NCBI RefSeq assembly: GCF_025526975.1
Contig: NW_026515668.1
Coordinates: forward strand, 434,001-498,000
DNA length: 64,000 nucleotides
Origin: Fimicolochytrium jonesii
Lineage: Eukaryota
Direction of reading: 5' to 3'
Made by a program: the position numbers and the translations under genes. How positions within the stretch are numbered: the stretch's first letter is position 1; every line of letters starts with the position of its first letter. Below the pieces are notes generated by a model that was not told where the DNA came from, did not search any database, and saw only the letters and a list, made by a program, of their open reading frames with translations. This document shows positions 11,129 to 24,865 of this stretch, piece by piece.

Positions 11129-12091
11129 ATGGCTTATAAAATCATCAGCCAGAAGGACGAGGTAAAGAGAGAGCAGTGGGTGCTACTTCAAGCTCTCGGT
11201 TCCTAACACTTATTTTCGCGACAGGATATCCTAAATGTTATTTTCAACCCAGGCAAGTCTACGATCGCACTCGGCACACGTGATGCCTGAAGACTCGTGC
11301 CGGAACACACGGAGCTGATGCTACGACTCTCCCGTCGCTTCGCATCTGGAAACACCCTCCAGAAGGCGCCAACCCTCTCTCAGATGGAAACGAAACGCAG
11401 CAAGGACAACCCGCCCCACGGTCTTTTTCGCCAACACTATTGACGCAGTTGAAGAAACTCGAAGCGGAGGCTGTGCAGCTCGCGGAGGAGAAGGACGTCA
11501 AGGGTGCGATTCAGAAGCTGGATGAGTGCATACGACTGGAGCCGGGATATGCTAGTGCCTACAATAACAGGTGGGGTATTGAGCCGCGATATGGAGGTGC
11601 TGCTTTGATGCGTGCAAGCGGCAGATGGATTGACCGACGTTCTGTTGTGCGACCGCAGGGCACAAGCGTACCGGTTAGAAGGAGACGTTGACAAAGCGTT
11701 GGCGGATTTGGCAAAGGCGATCGAGCTGGGAGAAGGGGATCCGGTCGTTCTCAAGCAGGTTGGTTTGCTGATGGCCCCTTACTTCAGGGGAGAAATCGCG
11801 TACCGAGTCGACACCGCCTTACATACTCTCATATTTCTTTCAGGCATACACACAGCGAGCAGTCATTCGAAAAGATAAGGGCGACGTAAATGGGTCCGAC
11901 AGCGACTTTGCCCAGGGGGCGCGGTATGGGAATGAGGTGGCGAAGGCCGCTGTCAAGAACAACCCATATGCCAAGATGTGAGTCTGTGGTCGTGCATAAC
12001 GCTCATCCTCGAGTGTGCTGAACGTGGGATCCTTTGAAGGTGCAATCAAGTTGTTATGGAGGCTATGAGCAAGCTGAACCAGAAAGCATAG
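11129..12091 (+). CDS. TTC36: TPR protein, TTC36-like (multi-exon)
   Basis: Exons give DILNVIFNP...SAYNNR|AQAYRLEGDVDKALADLAKAI...AYTQRAVI...DFAQGARYG...NPYAKM|CNQVVME. Confidence 0.8.
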
Positions 12092-13344
12092 GACGGTTTT
12101 GATTCCTCCTGTCGCCTAACTCTTTGAGTTTCCGATCGACTTCGCCTTTCTTGACGGCCCGTAGGAAGCCGTGCATCGGAATGTAGCATATAGATTGGTT
12201 CACCGTAGGGGTTTCTGAGATCTAGCATACATAGACATTCAGCATGGATATGCCATATCAGGCAGCCGGACGGGGAACTATTGTTCGGTGTGTGTCTTGG
12301 TGTTGGGAAAAATTTACCAAATCAACATTGTTCAGTTGCACTCACCAGTCTGCCATGGATGTCATGCGTGTCGTTACGCTTTACACTCTGTGAAGCTTCA
12401 AGGCCTTCGCATGGACTAGAGCTTGTCCGTCCACTTTCGACCAGCGTTCCCAATCACACCTGTCCAGACAAGCAGGCGGACCTCATAAATGTACTTCGTA
12501 ACATGTGAAGGCCGCGGCGGTGGAAATGCCATTCTGTGAAGACCGTCAGATTGCCGACAACAGCGACCCTCTGCCCGACTTGGATACAGCCCAGCTGTAC
12601 TGTACAACTGCGTTCTGGGAAACGAGGAGGCGGGATGTGTGAACGAGATGTACTCGTCCGGGTACAAGTCGACGGTCGTACGCTGTGCACGACTGCATCC
12701 GTGAACATGAGTTCAGGTACAGTGTGCTTATAAATTAATGAGAGGACTCCTGCGGATACCGAGACGTTGAATAGCGATGCATACGTCGTACGTACATGAT
12801 AAAGTCGCTCCACTGTAGAGTCCCGTGCATGTGTCGAAAACAATGGTTCCGTAGTCCTGATCCGGAGTCCGTATAGCGGGGCGTTTCCGGTATATGCGAA
12901 AGCGATGTGCCCTCACATAGCCCGTCAGTCCTTCATTGGCTTTTCCGTTGGCGGCATCTTCGCAGGAGCCTGATGAGTATCCGAATATCCCTCTTTATCC
13001 CGGTCTGTGTGGTTTCCATGTCTCCATGTAGTCTGTCCGGTTGTGCAACGATCTCCTACCCGACGACGGGCCGACGTGCATCAGCGATCAGCCTCCTCTG
13101 TCCATATACGAAGACACGTGCCTCAAATTTACGCGACGTCCGTGTCCCGATTCCCGAAGGTAACAATCTATTGCGCGCACTCGGAATCCGGGAAAAAGTC
13201 ACACTCATCATCATTCACTGGGCAGACTTTCTGTCCTTGGATGCTGGACCGTCTGGACTCGTGCCCGGGTTCATGGTTTACGGTCGCTATTAATAGTTCA
13301 ACACTCGAAATCGACAGCGACGAAACCGTTGACGGGTGGAAACG

Positions 13345-13587
13345 GTGAAGGTCGAGGCCGAGGAGGCGAAGGTCGAACACAATCCGAAGTCGAAGAGGTG
13401 CAGGTCCGACATAATCCGAAGTCGAGCAAGTTTAAGTTTTGCATGATCGGGAATTGCGGATGTGCAGGTCGAATTATGATTGCGAGTCGGGAATGTGTAG
13501 GCCGAACCACGAGGTGAATGTCGAGGAGGTGCATGTCGAGTATAATCGAAGCCATAATTGCGCAGGTCGAGCAAGGATCAGAGTCTA
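13345..13587. repeat. Degenerate tandem array of alternating ~17-nt and ~15-nt units (~32-nt period) anchored on GTCGA
   Basis: GTCGA or near variants at 13351, 13372, 13389, 13404, 13421, 13468, 13486, 13501, 13520, 13535 and 13566. Units end alternately in AATCCGAA-like and GGTGCAG-like sequence. Confidence 0.65.
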
Positions 13588-15865
13588 GCTAAAAACTGTT
13601 GTTTCTAGCTGGTTCCGTACAGGGTTGGATCCATGGGGAAGAATGCGTTCGGTATATGATTCCACTGGACTTCAATGGTATTGCTGTTTGCGTTTTTCTC
13701 TTTTCCCCGGTTTTATCTAGCGATTCGCCGCTTATTTCGTGTAAGGTTATTGCAGTTCGAATCTGCCTGCAGTAGCTGCTCGCTTTCCCATTTTTCGTTT
13801 TTCCTAGGGAATCCGACTTATTTTATGGATGCTTCCCGCTCCTGCGCAGGCATGCATACTACAGTATATTCATCCAGAAAAACAAAAGAAGGAAGGTCAA
13901 CGATACGATGCTCCGGATCAAGACTCATGTCGCAGCTCAACAGCCACCTTTTCTCTGGGGCTGACAGTCCGTTTACCTGACCAAGCTTTGTGGAGAGCGT
14001 GTATGTTGGACCAGGGGTGCGCTCACAGAATACACTTTCGCAATTTCCTTGGTGGACATCCTATTCATTCGAATATTTTGGTAGCGGTGCGGGGTCAGGG
14101 AGTTAGTCGATTGAGCTGAGCACTAGTAAATCTACATACGAAGGGGTCGCGGCGGCTTGCTGAACTGAACGTCAAGCACTGTTCTTAGCTCAGACAAAGA
14201 TGACACTCGCCATTCCTGCTGAACTCAGCAGAGGGAAAAGGAAACGCTACTATTGGAAGCTGCAATCCAATTCTACCTTCGTTTTTTGTTAAGACCGATG
14301 TTCACATAGAAGGCAGCCTCCCTCATCCGAGCGGCTCCGCTCTCCCGCTCTGGCTCGCGGTGGACAACGACCAGTTGTCGCCCAGTGAGAACGATCAGAT
14401 ATCCAAAGATCTTGGACAAGACCGCATATTGGAAATAAGCTCCTCGTCGGATTTTTGTTACGTAGAGCCAAAGCTACCGGTAATATTACGTTTGTACCGA
14501 CCCAAATGCCCGCTCAATGCGTGAAGGTGTGGGATGCGAGGAGACGCTGGATCGAAGCCGTGAGTCAGAGATACTGTATACGTTCACAAGACCGTTGATG
14601 GCACTGCCTTCCGGAGTACATTTATGGATTCAACAAAACGAAAGCGTTTCAATTTTCAAGGTCACATTGCCATTTCGCCTCCGGGCAGCAGAGCAACCAA
14701 ATGCGATATGCGCATAGTTCTGGGCGCCTTGCACGACGCTGGTCGCACGTCAAAGCAATTTCAGCATAAACGACTGGATGGAGCAAGGTTTTTTTTGCAT
14801 CCATATAACCACCTGGACACATCATGAACCAGGGACAACGAGCGGGACTATGTGGTGGCGGAATATGGGATCCCCAGAACAGTCGGGTAGCTAGGTGTCT
14901 CGAAGGTAGGCAGGCTGTGCACGAGAACAATGACGACAACTCGATGACGGCGATACCAAACAACGAAACAATATGACAAAACCCTCCTTTGCGCCAAAGC
15001 TTCCGGACGAGATTGATATGGCGGAGCATCTTCATCGCAATGCAGAGTTTGCTACCCACGGCAGATCATGGTGCTACCTCTTGGAGTTCCTCTCGCAATG
15101 CTTCATTAGAGGCCCTCGTACCTATTCGGCGAAAGGAGGGCGATCACAATTCCTTTGCATTAACGCGGGCATGGGAGGCGAAGCTTGTCGGTATGGATTG
15201 ATTTATGGTCGCGGAATCATCCGTTGATCTCCTATGTTGTAGGCTTTCCTGCGCAAATCAAGTCAACCCAGACATGACGCACGAGACAATGGGCAGACAT
15301 CTGCCGACAGACGACTTACGCTCCCGGATTTTCTGGGGCTTCCTCAAAATGCGGGCTTTCATTGGGACGGACTGACGGAGTAGGCCGCACCGCGGTGGAC
15401 CCTCGGCATGGGTCGCTTTTTCGGGATGTTACAAAATGTTTTGGGGAGGCATAGTGAATGTCCTCTAATGATTGATTCCCAGCATTCTTGATGGTTGCAT
15501 TGTTCTCGTATAACAAAATAAAATGGGACGCATGAGACGGATTTGCGACCTCTCCGACATGACAAACGCGTTGCACTCGCCTCCCTCGTCAGCTCGTTAT
15601 CCTTCCTCTCTTCCCATCCTGCTTCCCATCTCACCACAACCGGCTTCTAGATCTACTCAAACATACCGACGATAAGGTTGCCTCAAGCTATCGAGGAACG
15701 GTTTCAATTGCCCCGAGGATAGGCATTCTTTTCTTGAATTGCAAACTGGATGCGTTCGCCCACAAAGTAGCTCCTGAAGATCACTCCGCATCCACAAGAC
15801 CTGTGACGGCCTGGTCGCTCTCCCTCTTCCGTGCAGTACCCGAGCGGGTCTCGCCCCGTCAAGCA

Positions 15866-17089
15866 ATGGAGTCCCTGCAAAGCATCGTGACCGACTTTGA
15901 GAAAGTCTACCAAAAACAGGTGGACTCAACACTCGAAATCGACAATGCCCTGCAGTCATTGATAGACTCTTTCGTCGACGTGCGCAATTCGATAGCGTCT
16001 AACCCGCGTGCTCTTGTGCCTTCCATGGCCATCCTAAAGCAAAAGGCACTGACCTCATCGAGACAAATATCGTCACAGCAGGAAGAGGTCCGACGATATG
16101 CTACGCGGCATGACAAAACCCTGCGCGGAGCCTACAAGACCGACCTGAACAATATCTGGGATCCTGGAGCGTTTGACGATCGCGAGGACGTGCTTGCCAA
16201 AACGATCGCGTTGCACTTCATCAGAGAGGGGCAGTTCAATATTGCCGACACGTTCATCAACGAGGCTGGCTTGGACGTGCCTGAAGATTTGAAGGACCGG
16301 TTTCCGGAAATGTATAGGATTTTGGAGGCGATTAAGGAGGATAATCTGGAGCCGGCGATTCAGTGGGCGTCGGCTCATAGGGAGCATTTGGATAAGAGGG
16401 GCTCGCGGTTGGAGTTTGCGCTGCATCGGGCGCAGTTTGTGCAGCTGTTGACTTCGATGCGGATTAAGGAGGCGTTGCAGTATTCGAAGGCGAACTTTGG
16501 GCATTTCGCTGGGACTCACATGAAAGGTAGAGCCTGGCAACTAGGATTATGGCGGGCTTCGCGGTGAATCTAAGCTGATCTCCATCTTGATGCTGCAGAG
16601 ATACAACGCCTGATGGGCTCCTTCATTTACACAAAGAACCTCAGCAACTCCCCGTACGCAGATCTTCTCGATCCCAACCAGCGCGCCGACATCCAACACA
16701 GCTTCACCCGCGATTTCTGCCAATACCTGGGTCTCTCCTCCGACTCCCCACTCTACATCTCCGTCCTTGTCGGCACACTCGCTCTCCCAACTATCATTAA
16801 AATGTCCTCAATCATGAAAGACAAATCCGGTCTCGAATGGTCGCAAGCCGGCGAGCTCCCCGTCGAGATTCCGCTGTCGAACAACCAATGCTTCCATTCC
16901 GTCTTTGCCTGTCCGGTCAGTAAGGAGCAGAGCACGGAGGAGAACCCGCCCATGTTGATGTTTTGTGGGCATGTGATTTGCAAGTTTTGTTTGGATCGGT
17001 TGAGCAAGGGGAATCAGAACACTAGGTTCAAGTGTCCTTATTGCCCGACGGAGAGTACGGCGGGGCAGTCTCATCGGATCCATCTGTAG
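15866..17089 (+). CDS. RMD5: GID/CTLH complex RING E3 ligase subunit Rmd5/Gid2
   Basis: LisH (IALHFIREGQFNIA), CTLH (LEFALHRAQF), degenerate RING FHSVFACPVSKEQ...CGHVIC...FKCPYCP. Intron 16527..16598. Confidence 0.93.
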
Positions 17090-17670
17090 TCAGTTGCACA
17101 GTGTCGATTGCCGCTGCTTTTTTGTATACATTTTGTACAGGAATCCAATGTGTGGTTTGTCCTTTACTTTCGTCTACGCGCTTCCGCCCAGTGCTGTGAT
17201 GTTGAATAGGCCAAGCGGTGAAGGTTCCATACAAGCATGCAGCAATAAGTGTTGACCATGCCAACGTAGAGACTTGTTCGGACGAGTCATGATGTATGTA
17301 TGTAAAGTACAAAAGGTATCGAAATTAGCTATTTAGTGATTAGTGTTAAGTTAAATGTGCAACCAGTGGTGATGCTTCGAGGGGGCGGAAAGTGTACAGA
17401 GAATGACAAGGCCTACATGGACCTATATAGGATACGTCGAAACACGTTGTTGCAAGCGGGTACGCCGTGCGGATACAACACGGGAGTGAAGGGTACGCCA
17501 GCGGCTTCTCGTAGAAACCGGAGCATACAAAGCCGGATGATGGGCCGCTCGCGCTCAGCAGTCCGCTTGGAGAGAAGCCATAAACGGGTTGTCGGGAGCA
17601 GATGCTAGGGATGACGCGGCACGGGCACTCTCAGCTCCTCATTCCAGCCCCTCACGTCACCTCCACATCC

Positions 17671-19343
17671 TCACTGCGAAGGGCCTGACGAAGCCGGCGG
17701 CGGCGGAAGAGCATATTGTTGCAAAACGTACGACTGTTGCTGCTGCTGATTTTGCTGCCTTGCCTGCTCCTGCTGTTGTTGGTGCTGTTGTTGCTGCGCC
17801 ATCATGTACGTGCCCGGAATGGCTTGTCCCGAGCTTTGCGCACCTGTACTGTACGACGCATTCCCGATGATGGTATGATGGTTCGCCTGGCCCATGGGTG
17901 ATTGCTGTGGTTGACGCAGACTACCGTGGGTTTGGTGGGGTGAACCGCGCGAGTCTACTCGTTGTCGACCGTAGAGATGCTGCGGAACAGGAAACGACTG
18001 CGATGACAGCCGGTGATCACTGCTGTTACCACTCTGGTTCGGTGTCGCATTGGGAGCAACACTCATGCCGGTTGCGGAGTTCGGACTGCGGGATGGCATG
18101 TTTGGTGAGCCTTCTGCTTTGATGACCGCGGCCTGCTGTTGTTGCGCAACAAATAGCTGTTGATGGTATAATTTGTGGAACACAGGCGGTGGTCCTCCGG
18201 CTGAGCCTGTCCCTTCCTCTTGACCGAACTGTGTGGCAGGCGAGGAAGGCGGTTTGCCACGTTCTGACTGTTCGTCTTGTCCTCTCGACGGTGAGGGATC
18301 AACGACTGGCCACATTCGTGGGGTTGCGACCGGAGAAGCGACCATGGTTGTTGCCACCAAGCTCTCATGCTTCTCTGCGGCCAAGGCGATGGTGGGGAAG
18401 GACTGCGGCCGGGCAAGGTCTTGTTGGTTGAAGCTGGTATTTATGGACGGCGGTTCCCTTGGCGAATCAATCTCGCCTGATGAGCCCGATTGGTTCGGAG
18501 GAGTCGGTCTCGCGCTGAGTGGTGAGCTGGAGGATCGGAAGTCTGTGGCGGAGTTCAGGGAGGTCGTTCTAATATGGGTTGGAAGTACTTGTTGGGTTTG
18601 TTGCTGCAGATGCTGCTGCTGCTGCTGCTGTTGTTGTTGTTGTTGTTGTTGGTAATGCAATGACTGTTGGTGGAAAGGGTGCATGTGCGATTGCTGTTGG
18701 TCGATTGCAGTTGCCTGCGGGTATATCAATCCCACATGTTGCCCATAAGAAGGGCCATGTGCCATAATGTGTTGCTGTTGCGCCTGCTGTATGTGCGGTT
18801 GCTGTTGCCCTAAATGCTGCTGCAATGACATCACATGTGCCTTCAATTCCGCATTCTGCTTTTGCAGTCTTGCGATCAGTGGGTCGGCTTCCCGATCAAT
18901 CACCGGATATGGTTTAGCGCCCATTCCGAATCCACCTATTAGCGGATGACCGGGTCCGGCTGCACCGCCGTGCAAACGTTCGCGCTCGGCCTCCAGTTGA
19001 CAGATGCGGGCTTTCAGCTGGTCGATGTATTGCTTTGCTGCTTCCATAATCACCACTGTGCTCGGCTTGTCTCTCGAGGACAAAGATGGGATCGAGTCGC
19101 GCAATTCCTCCAGCTTCCCACGCTGATACAGCCGACGTTTGCGCTCCAATTCATTGTGATTGCTGCGTTTGGGTCGCCTAGAGTCATCACCATTTGTGTT
19201 AGTTTATTGGCAGGTCTGAGCAAAAAAAAAAAGAGAAATGGAGTGCCGTCATTGACTTACATTCTGCAGTTGCTCGAGCCAGGTTCTGGCGAAGAAGAGA
19301 GCTTTTCAGAGTCGCTTTGTCCAGTGATATGCGGGGATTCCAT
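17671..19343 (-). CDS. bHLH-Zip transcription factor (Myc/Max/Mlx-like) with Gln-rich tail
   Basis: RPKRSNHNELERKRR...LEELRDSIPSL...KPSTVVIMEAAKQYIDQL followed by a leucine zipper. Intron 19178..19260; start MESPHIT at 19343. Confidence 0.85.
18613..18651 (-). repeat. CAA/CAG trinucleotide repeat encoding 13 Gln
   Basis: (tgc)n(tgt)n on the + strand, within the bHLH CDS. Confidence 0.9.
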
Positions 19344-20806
19344 CGCAAAACGGAGCCAGACACAGCAGGTAGAGGTGATTGATCTTTTGCGACCAAGACT
19401 TGTGGGCTAAATGGGTTCGCCTGATAGTTGACGAGCTCCTGGCAATGGAAACCTGACAGCGTATGTTTTCGAGGCGTGCGAGTTCGAGACAAAACACTTC
19501 CGGATGATGCAAAGTGACTGCGCGGGGGGCGAAAGAGTTTGTCACTTTTTGGAATGCAGGAGCTGGACTTTATCAAAGGAGAGCGAGCGCCGCGTAAAAC
19601 GTAAGAGAAAAGCGGGGGACGAAATACAAGATATGACGATGTCGAGGAGCCCTCGGCAAGCAAGGATGCAACATGGAAGACACAAGGACGCCGGAGCGAA
19701 TGGTTGTGCTACGCGAATTCTCTTTTTGTGTGTACGCCTGGCGCCGCGGGACGGCCGGCTGGCGTCAGCTGTTGTTGCTGTGCGGGGGCTTCAGCCTTTT
19801 TTCGCCCGAACCTTCCATACCTCATAGGACAGCAGCTCTGGGGTTTACGCAGGTTGTCAAAACAAAGAGAAAACAAAGAGCAAGACACAGCAAGTCTCCG
19901 ACGCGTCCCGGCAGCCAAAATCAACGCAAAAAATCTTCCTCTCCTCGTGCATGCCGGATTGGCATTGAGCGACGGCTCGGAAACTGATGAGGCTCTCGCT
20001 CGCCTGCCACCGCCCACCAGTGACTCGGGGTCCGGGAATCCCGATAAGAAGACGCTCGCCCGAGTCGCCACGCATTTTCCTCGTACGCGAGCAGATGCCC
20101 AATGACATCGAACATGGATTTTGGGGCACCCACTGGCAGCCATGTACTGTATTATGCTCCATTGTTCAAACATGCTTCGGAAGTCTTTCTTCCCTCCTCG
20201 TCAACGATGTTATTTTTTTCTCCAGAGCCACTGGCGAGCCGCTCTCTTTTGGCTGGCAAAGATTTCTTCGCAATTTGACGATATTACCAACGACGCCAAA
20301 TTCAGCGCATGTCTTCACGCGCAAAAAGGTCCTGAGCCGTTACCAAGATCCCGGAATTGATCTAATTACTCCGCCCCATGACGTATCTTTGCACATGTCT
20401 ACCCCACAAACTCGCTGAGCCTCCGAGGCAACCACACTCCCGAATTCCCAATGGCGACGAGTGTCTATACGCCTTCTTGTTTGCATCGGCTCCCTCCAAA
20501 CTACATGTACATAAATCTCAAACCAGCTGTATTTGGATTTGGCTTAGTGTGCATGGTTGGGTCTGGTAAATGTGGTGCGGACGGTGGTAAAAACCGGTTA
20601 TCGGCTAACTTCAGGAAAAAGGTCAGAAATGGCTCAACCATCAAGAGAATCATATCCCTCCGCTTTTCGCAGTGGCAGATGAATCACTAATATTTCCAGA
20701 TATCATATACAAATGTCTTTCGAATATGCTGTGTGCATTGAGCACTTGTGTGGTCTATCCCTTCAAAACAAAACCAACGTTAAAGTAGCAAAATTGAATC
20801 TCGGGA

Positions 20807-23800
20807 TCACTGCACATATGAGATCAGAATCCGGAGGAAAGCTTGTTCGAACCTATCGTAATGTCTTTTGTTAATATGGAAGCAAACGGGAGAATGTGAA
20901 CACGACATAAAAACCTCAGATAACGTACTTGGTGCTTTCAAAGATGATGGTCGGGTTATCGCTCGGACACCTCAGGAAGTTCGGAGCAAACACCATGGCC
21001 AAGTTGCTAATCGTCATTTTCGTATGCGGTTGGTTCTTCGGGTCTGCGACCACTCGAAGGAACCGCATCATGTAGTGAATGACCTTCTGATTGGCCTCTG
21101 TTTGCGAGGAGTGGTTTCGGGGATCAGTCGGATTTGAGCCAAAGCTGGCTTGCAAGGGAAGCCTTACCTGGCATTTGGGCTATTATCGCCAAAGCTGCAG
21201 GTCCAGACTGAGACAGCGGCACTCGGGACTCGTCTTGCCCGACTTTCACGCACGCGTCGTAAAACTCGGAGGGTATAAGGGGGTCAGCCAAGTCTCGAAG
21301 CCACAGTTTGAGCAGCGAACTGGGAACATTGGGATCTACGATTGCAGAGCCGCAGTTAGGTCTCAAGCGAAAACAGAAAATCACAAGCATGACCTACGCA
21401 CCTCGTAGCCCCTGCAGGTCGTAGGTGCCCTTTTCAATCCGCATTCGCAGTTCTACAGATAAAGCGAGAACGTGGGTTACATATTATGTCGGACGACCAG
21501 AACCGCTACTTATGCATATACATACCCGTCACTGCATCCGCATCACCCGGAACGCGGAAAATGCCCTCCGTTTTACACCCGTTCAGATCGATAATGGCAT
21601 CTGCCAGGAATGGCAGGATCTGCGGGACTTCGGCGTTGGGATGCTTTTCGAGCTCTGCCTTCATGATGTCCTCGAGATACTCCCCAAACAGAGCTGGGGT
21701 AAACGGCGCCTCCTATGATTCGATGTCAGTGAATCTTGCGTGAGATGACGCCAGTGGCTGAGTGATGATTTGCCCAAGAACGTACCTGGGCACGCTGAAT
21801 TTCCGCAACCGTCGGCGTCTTCCCACGCGGTCCCGTTCTGCATATTCTTGTAAGCTTCTTCCAGCAATGGCGCGCTAGTTTATCTATGTTTGGTACTCTG
21901 CTCTCTAGGTGCTCCTGCACAAAGTTCTTCATGTACTCCTCGAAATTCTTCGACGGTGGGAAGGCGATGGTGATGACGCAAAGGAGGATCCAGCCTCGAT
22001 ACACGCTATCTCTAAAAACGGCAAAGAAAGCGCAGTCAGCAGCGGGACCTACTACAAAACAATTTGACAATGACATACTGGTCGGGGTTGCCTTTCAATT
22101 GCTGTTTGGAAGGGAGTGCAACTTTCGTAAGAATCAGCGCAAGGAGCAGAGACATTCACCTCCCACGTACTTTGCACATCTGCACATAGATCTCATCCCG
22201 AAGCCCTCCATGCATGATGCCCTTTTCCAGAAGGGTTTGAGTGTCTGACGCTGCACTGGATGGGTCCGTTTTCATGATCTTCTGTATCAGCTTAAAACAT
22301 TTCAACGCGTCTTTCTGAAGGTTCTTGTTGAGAACCATGAGCGGCGTTTTTAGAGCATCCTGTGAGAAAATTTATCAAGATAAATTCGTAAATCTCCGTC
22401 ACAATGAATATGCCATTGCTACCTTTTGATACACCAATAACTTCTCTAGCGGCACCGTCTTCTTGAATATGAGTCCCCGCTTATGCTCGGCGAAATACTT
22501 CGATGCAAAGCCTTCTATCCGGAACTGACTTAATTGCGATTTCAGATCCACGGGTAATACTTTACTTTGCCTACAAGTGCAAGAAGCGTAAGGGCAGGCC
22601 AGTTGTAACCAAAGATCAAGAGCAAAGCATGCATACCTATCTTTGGCACTGTTGAGAATCGGCGTGGAGTGAAGGTTTTTGTGTAACGGACTCATAGCTT
22701 CCGCTGCTTCTATTCGAAGCAAACCGATTTCCGAAGTTCAGTATGGGCCCCGATCGTGCTCGGACCTTGCGCGAGAATTGACAGTATCGTACCCGGATTC
22801 AAGACTGGAGTGCTGACCCCATACTGCCTTGCTCTCCCTGCCGCGCTACGAATGTCATTGACCGCCGGTGATGACGTGCTCAGAGATTTGCGATGAAAGT
22901 TGCCCAGAGAGCCTGCTGCTGGGCTGGTAGCTTTGTTGGGGGTTGCACCTTTATATTCATTTTCCGACTGCGCGGTGGCAAGTTGCAGCGTACTAATGTC
23001 CGGCTCTGAACCTGACCTCGTGCTTCGAGGCGGTTGGATTGACTCCTACATTTGACGGAAGCGTCAATGCTTCCGTCAATGCATGAAAAGGATCCCGCGC
23101 CTGCCATTGTCGCTCCTCGTACCTCCTCTTTCCCGTATTCCTCCCGCATGTTCGTCCCTCGCCCAAATACACCAACCGGCCCAAGGCTCCTTCCCAGCAT
23201 GCCTTGCGGCTGATAACTAGCCGCAGCTTGTTGTTGAACTAAGATAGAAACGCGTTTGCCGATATTTGAGTCGTGCTACTCGATGGAAGCTGCGTTACGA
23301 AAAAAATTCCTTCAACAAAGAGATCGGCGATATCCAAATCTAACCTGTATTGCGTGAAGCTATTGCACGCGAACACCAATGATCAGTCGCAATGTACGTA
23401 TGAGTGTTGACATGCAAGTATTTTGAAATACCGGTATTATGAGACCTGTGGTGGGCCGCATCCATTCTGTCTCTCCCGTTTTCGTGTTGTAGTAATATGG
23501 CTGCAAAGAATTCGAAGCGGTTCAACATCGTAAAAAACGTCCAGATACTCCGACAGATACCCACCAGCTTGTGGTTCTCATCAAAAAGTTCCCACCACTC
23601 GAGGCTGTTTCCATCTTTTTGCTTACTACGAGATATTAGTACGGTCTCAAGGTCTAACTAACCATGCCGAAGCCCTATCCGGCCTACATTCTATCCTTTG
23701 GCGGTCGGTCCCACGTGCATTCCCCCGTGACAAGATTGGCGTAGAAGAGGTTCCCTGTTTGCGGGTCAGCAAGCTCCACAAATATATTTTCTTTTGCCTG

Positions 23801-23930
23801 CGGGAATACGGAAGACTGCCTGGAAGGGGTAGTAAAATAGTGGCGACAGCGATGAGTTTAAGTCTGTAGGATCGCACATGTGCCTTGACTCCTGAACCCG
23901 TAACTCCAATTCTCACCTAGTGGCTGCCAT
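20807..23930 (-). CDS. ARHGAP39: WW-MyTH4-RhoGAP protein (ARHGAP39/Vilse-like), many exons
   Basis: WW-like LFYANLVTGECTWDRP and EWWELFDE...YYYNTKTGETEW; MyTH4 LRDEIYVQMCK, YRGWILLC; RhoGAP TEGIFRVPGD, LLKLWLRDLADPLIP, KMTISNLAMVFAPNFLR. The start codon is the least certain part. Confidence 0.88.
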
Positions 23931-24865
23931 AATTGTTATGAGACGCGAATATCTTTTGAGCCTGAAGACCTGTTTTTCAAGAGTGTTTTCCGGATATGGG
24001 TGCAAGCGAAACTGTGATGCACCCGTGGGAAAGCTGCACCAGTTCAAAGATGGTTCAGGAAGTGTCCTTGCGACCTTGGCAATAATTAACCTCAGCGCGT
24101 GTGGCCGCTCTCTCACGCCGCGGCCATCATTGATATTAGGTCAGCAGGCGTCCGCTGACAAGCCTCGTTTGGGTTGGATCAACTTGGCCTAACTTGGCTG
24201 CCCACATGTCTCGTATCAGCTCTCAGGGACGCAGTTGACAGCTCCTATCATAATCCAAGACATCTTTCACATGACAAAGACTCTCAAAACGAGGACAAAC
24301 GTCTCTAGGAGTCCGCGTTTGACAAGTACACTCCAGGATGGTCCCTTGTGCGTCCCTTCGAGAATCAAGTTCTTCTCCTTCAATATCATTGATCCATCAG
24401 GCTTGGGTATGGACAGAGATATAGACAGAGGCACATTTACCTCCAAAGGCTTGACAGTATTCCCGTCTCCCGAGAATACTTGCATGGGGTGGCTGTCCGA
24501 CGGTTCGACAGGGCTTCCAGAAGGAGAACGCGTTCGTTGCTTACGTACTGTACAAGTCATGACACACCACCGCTGTGTCCGCCAAGCTTCCCCTGCCCAC
24601 ATTCTAGAAGCCTCCGTTCCTTCCACCGTGCAGTGTCTGCCAGTACAGTAACAGACCGTACAGTGTCTGCACTGCCCGCGAGATATATTGAGGCAGCTGA
24701 AACTTCGAGAGCACATCTAGAAGAGAAATACCGAGGCCAGACGCACCTCTTTCTAAGTTCACGCTGCCGAAAAGTCCGAGAAAAGTCCGAGCGACGGCAC
24801 AGCACAAGTCGGCACAATACAAAAAGACCATCCACTCCTGGCCGCCTGCTTCCTCAGTATGAACC

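Noticed and set aside
13345..13587. CRISPR array interpretation of the periodic region
   Set aside because: Repeats are not identical, the variable parts are short and related to each other, there are no cas genes, and the context is eukaryotic.
24601..24615. Heat-shock-element-like TTCTAGAA upstream of the HSF gene
   Set aside because: Only two perfect nGAAn units; expected by chance.
24235..24716. Overlapping 138-149 aa ORFs between ARHGAP39 and HSF
   Set aside because: No motifs; the position fits divergent promoter or 5' UTR sequence.
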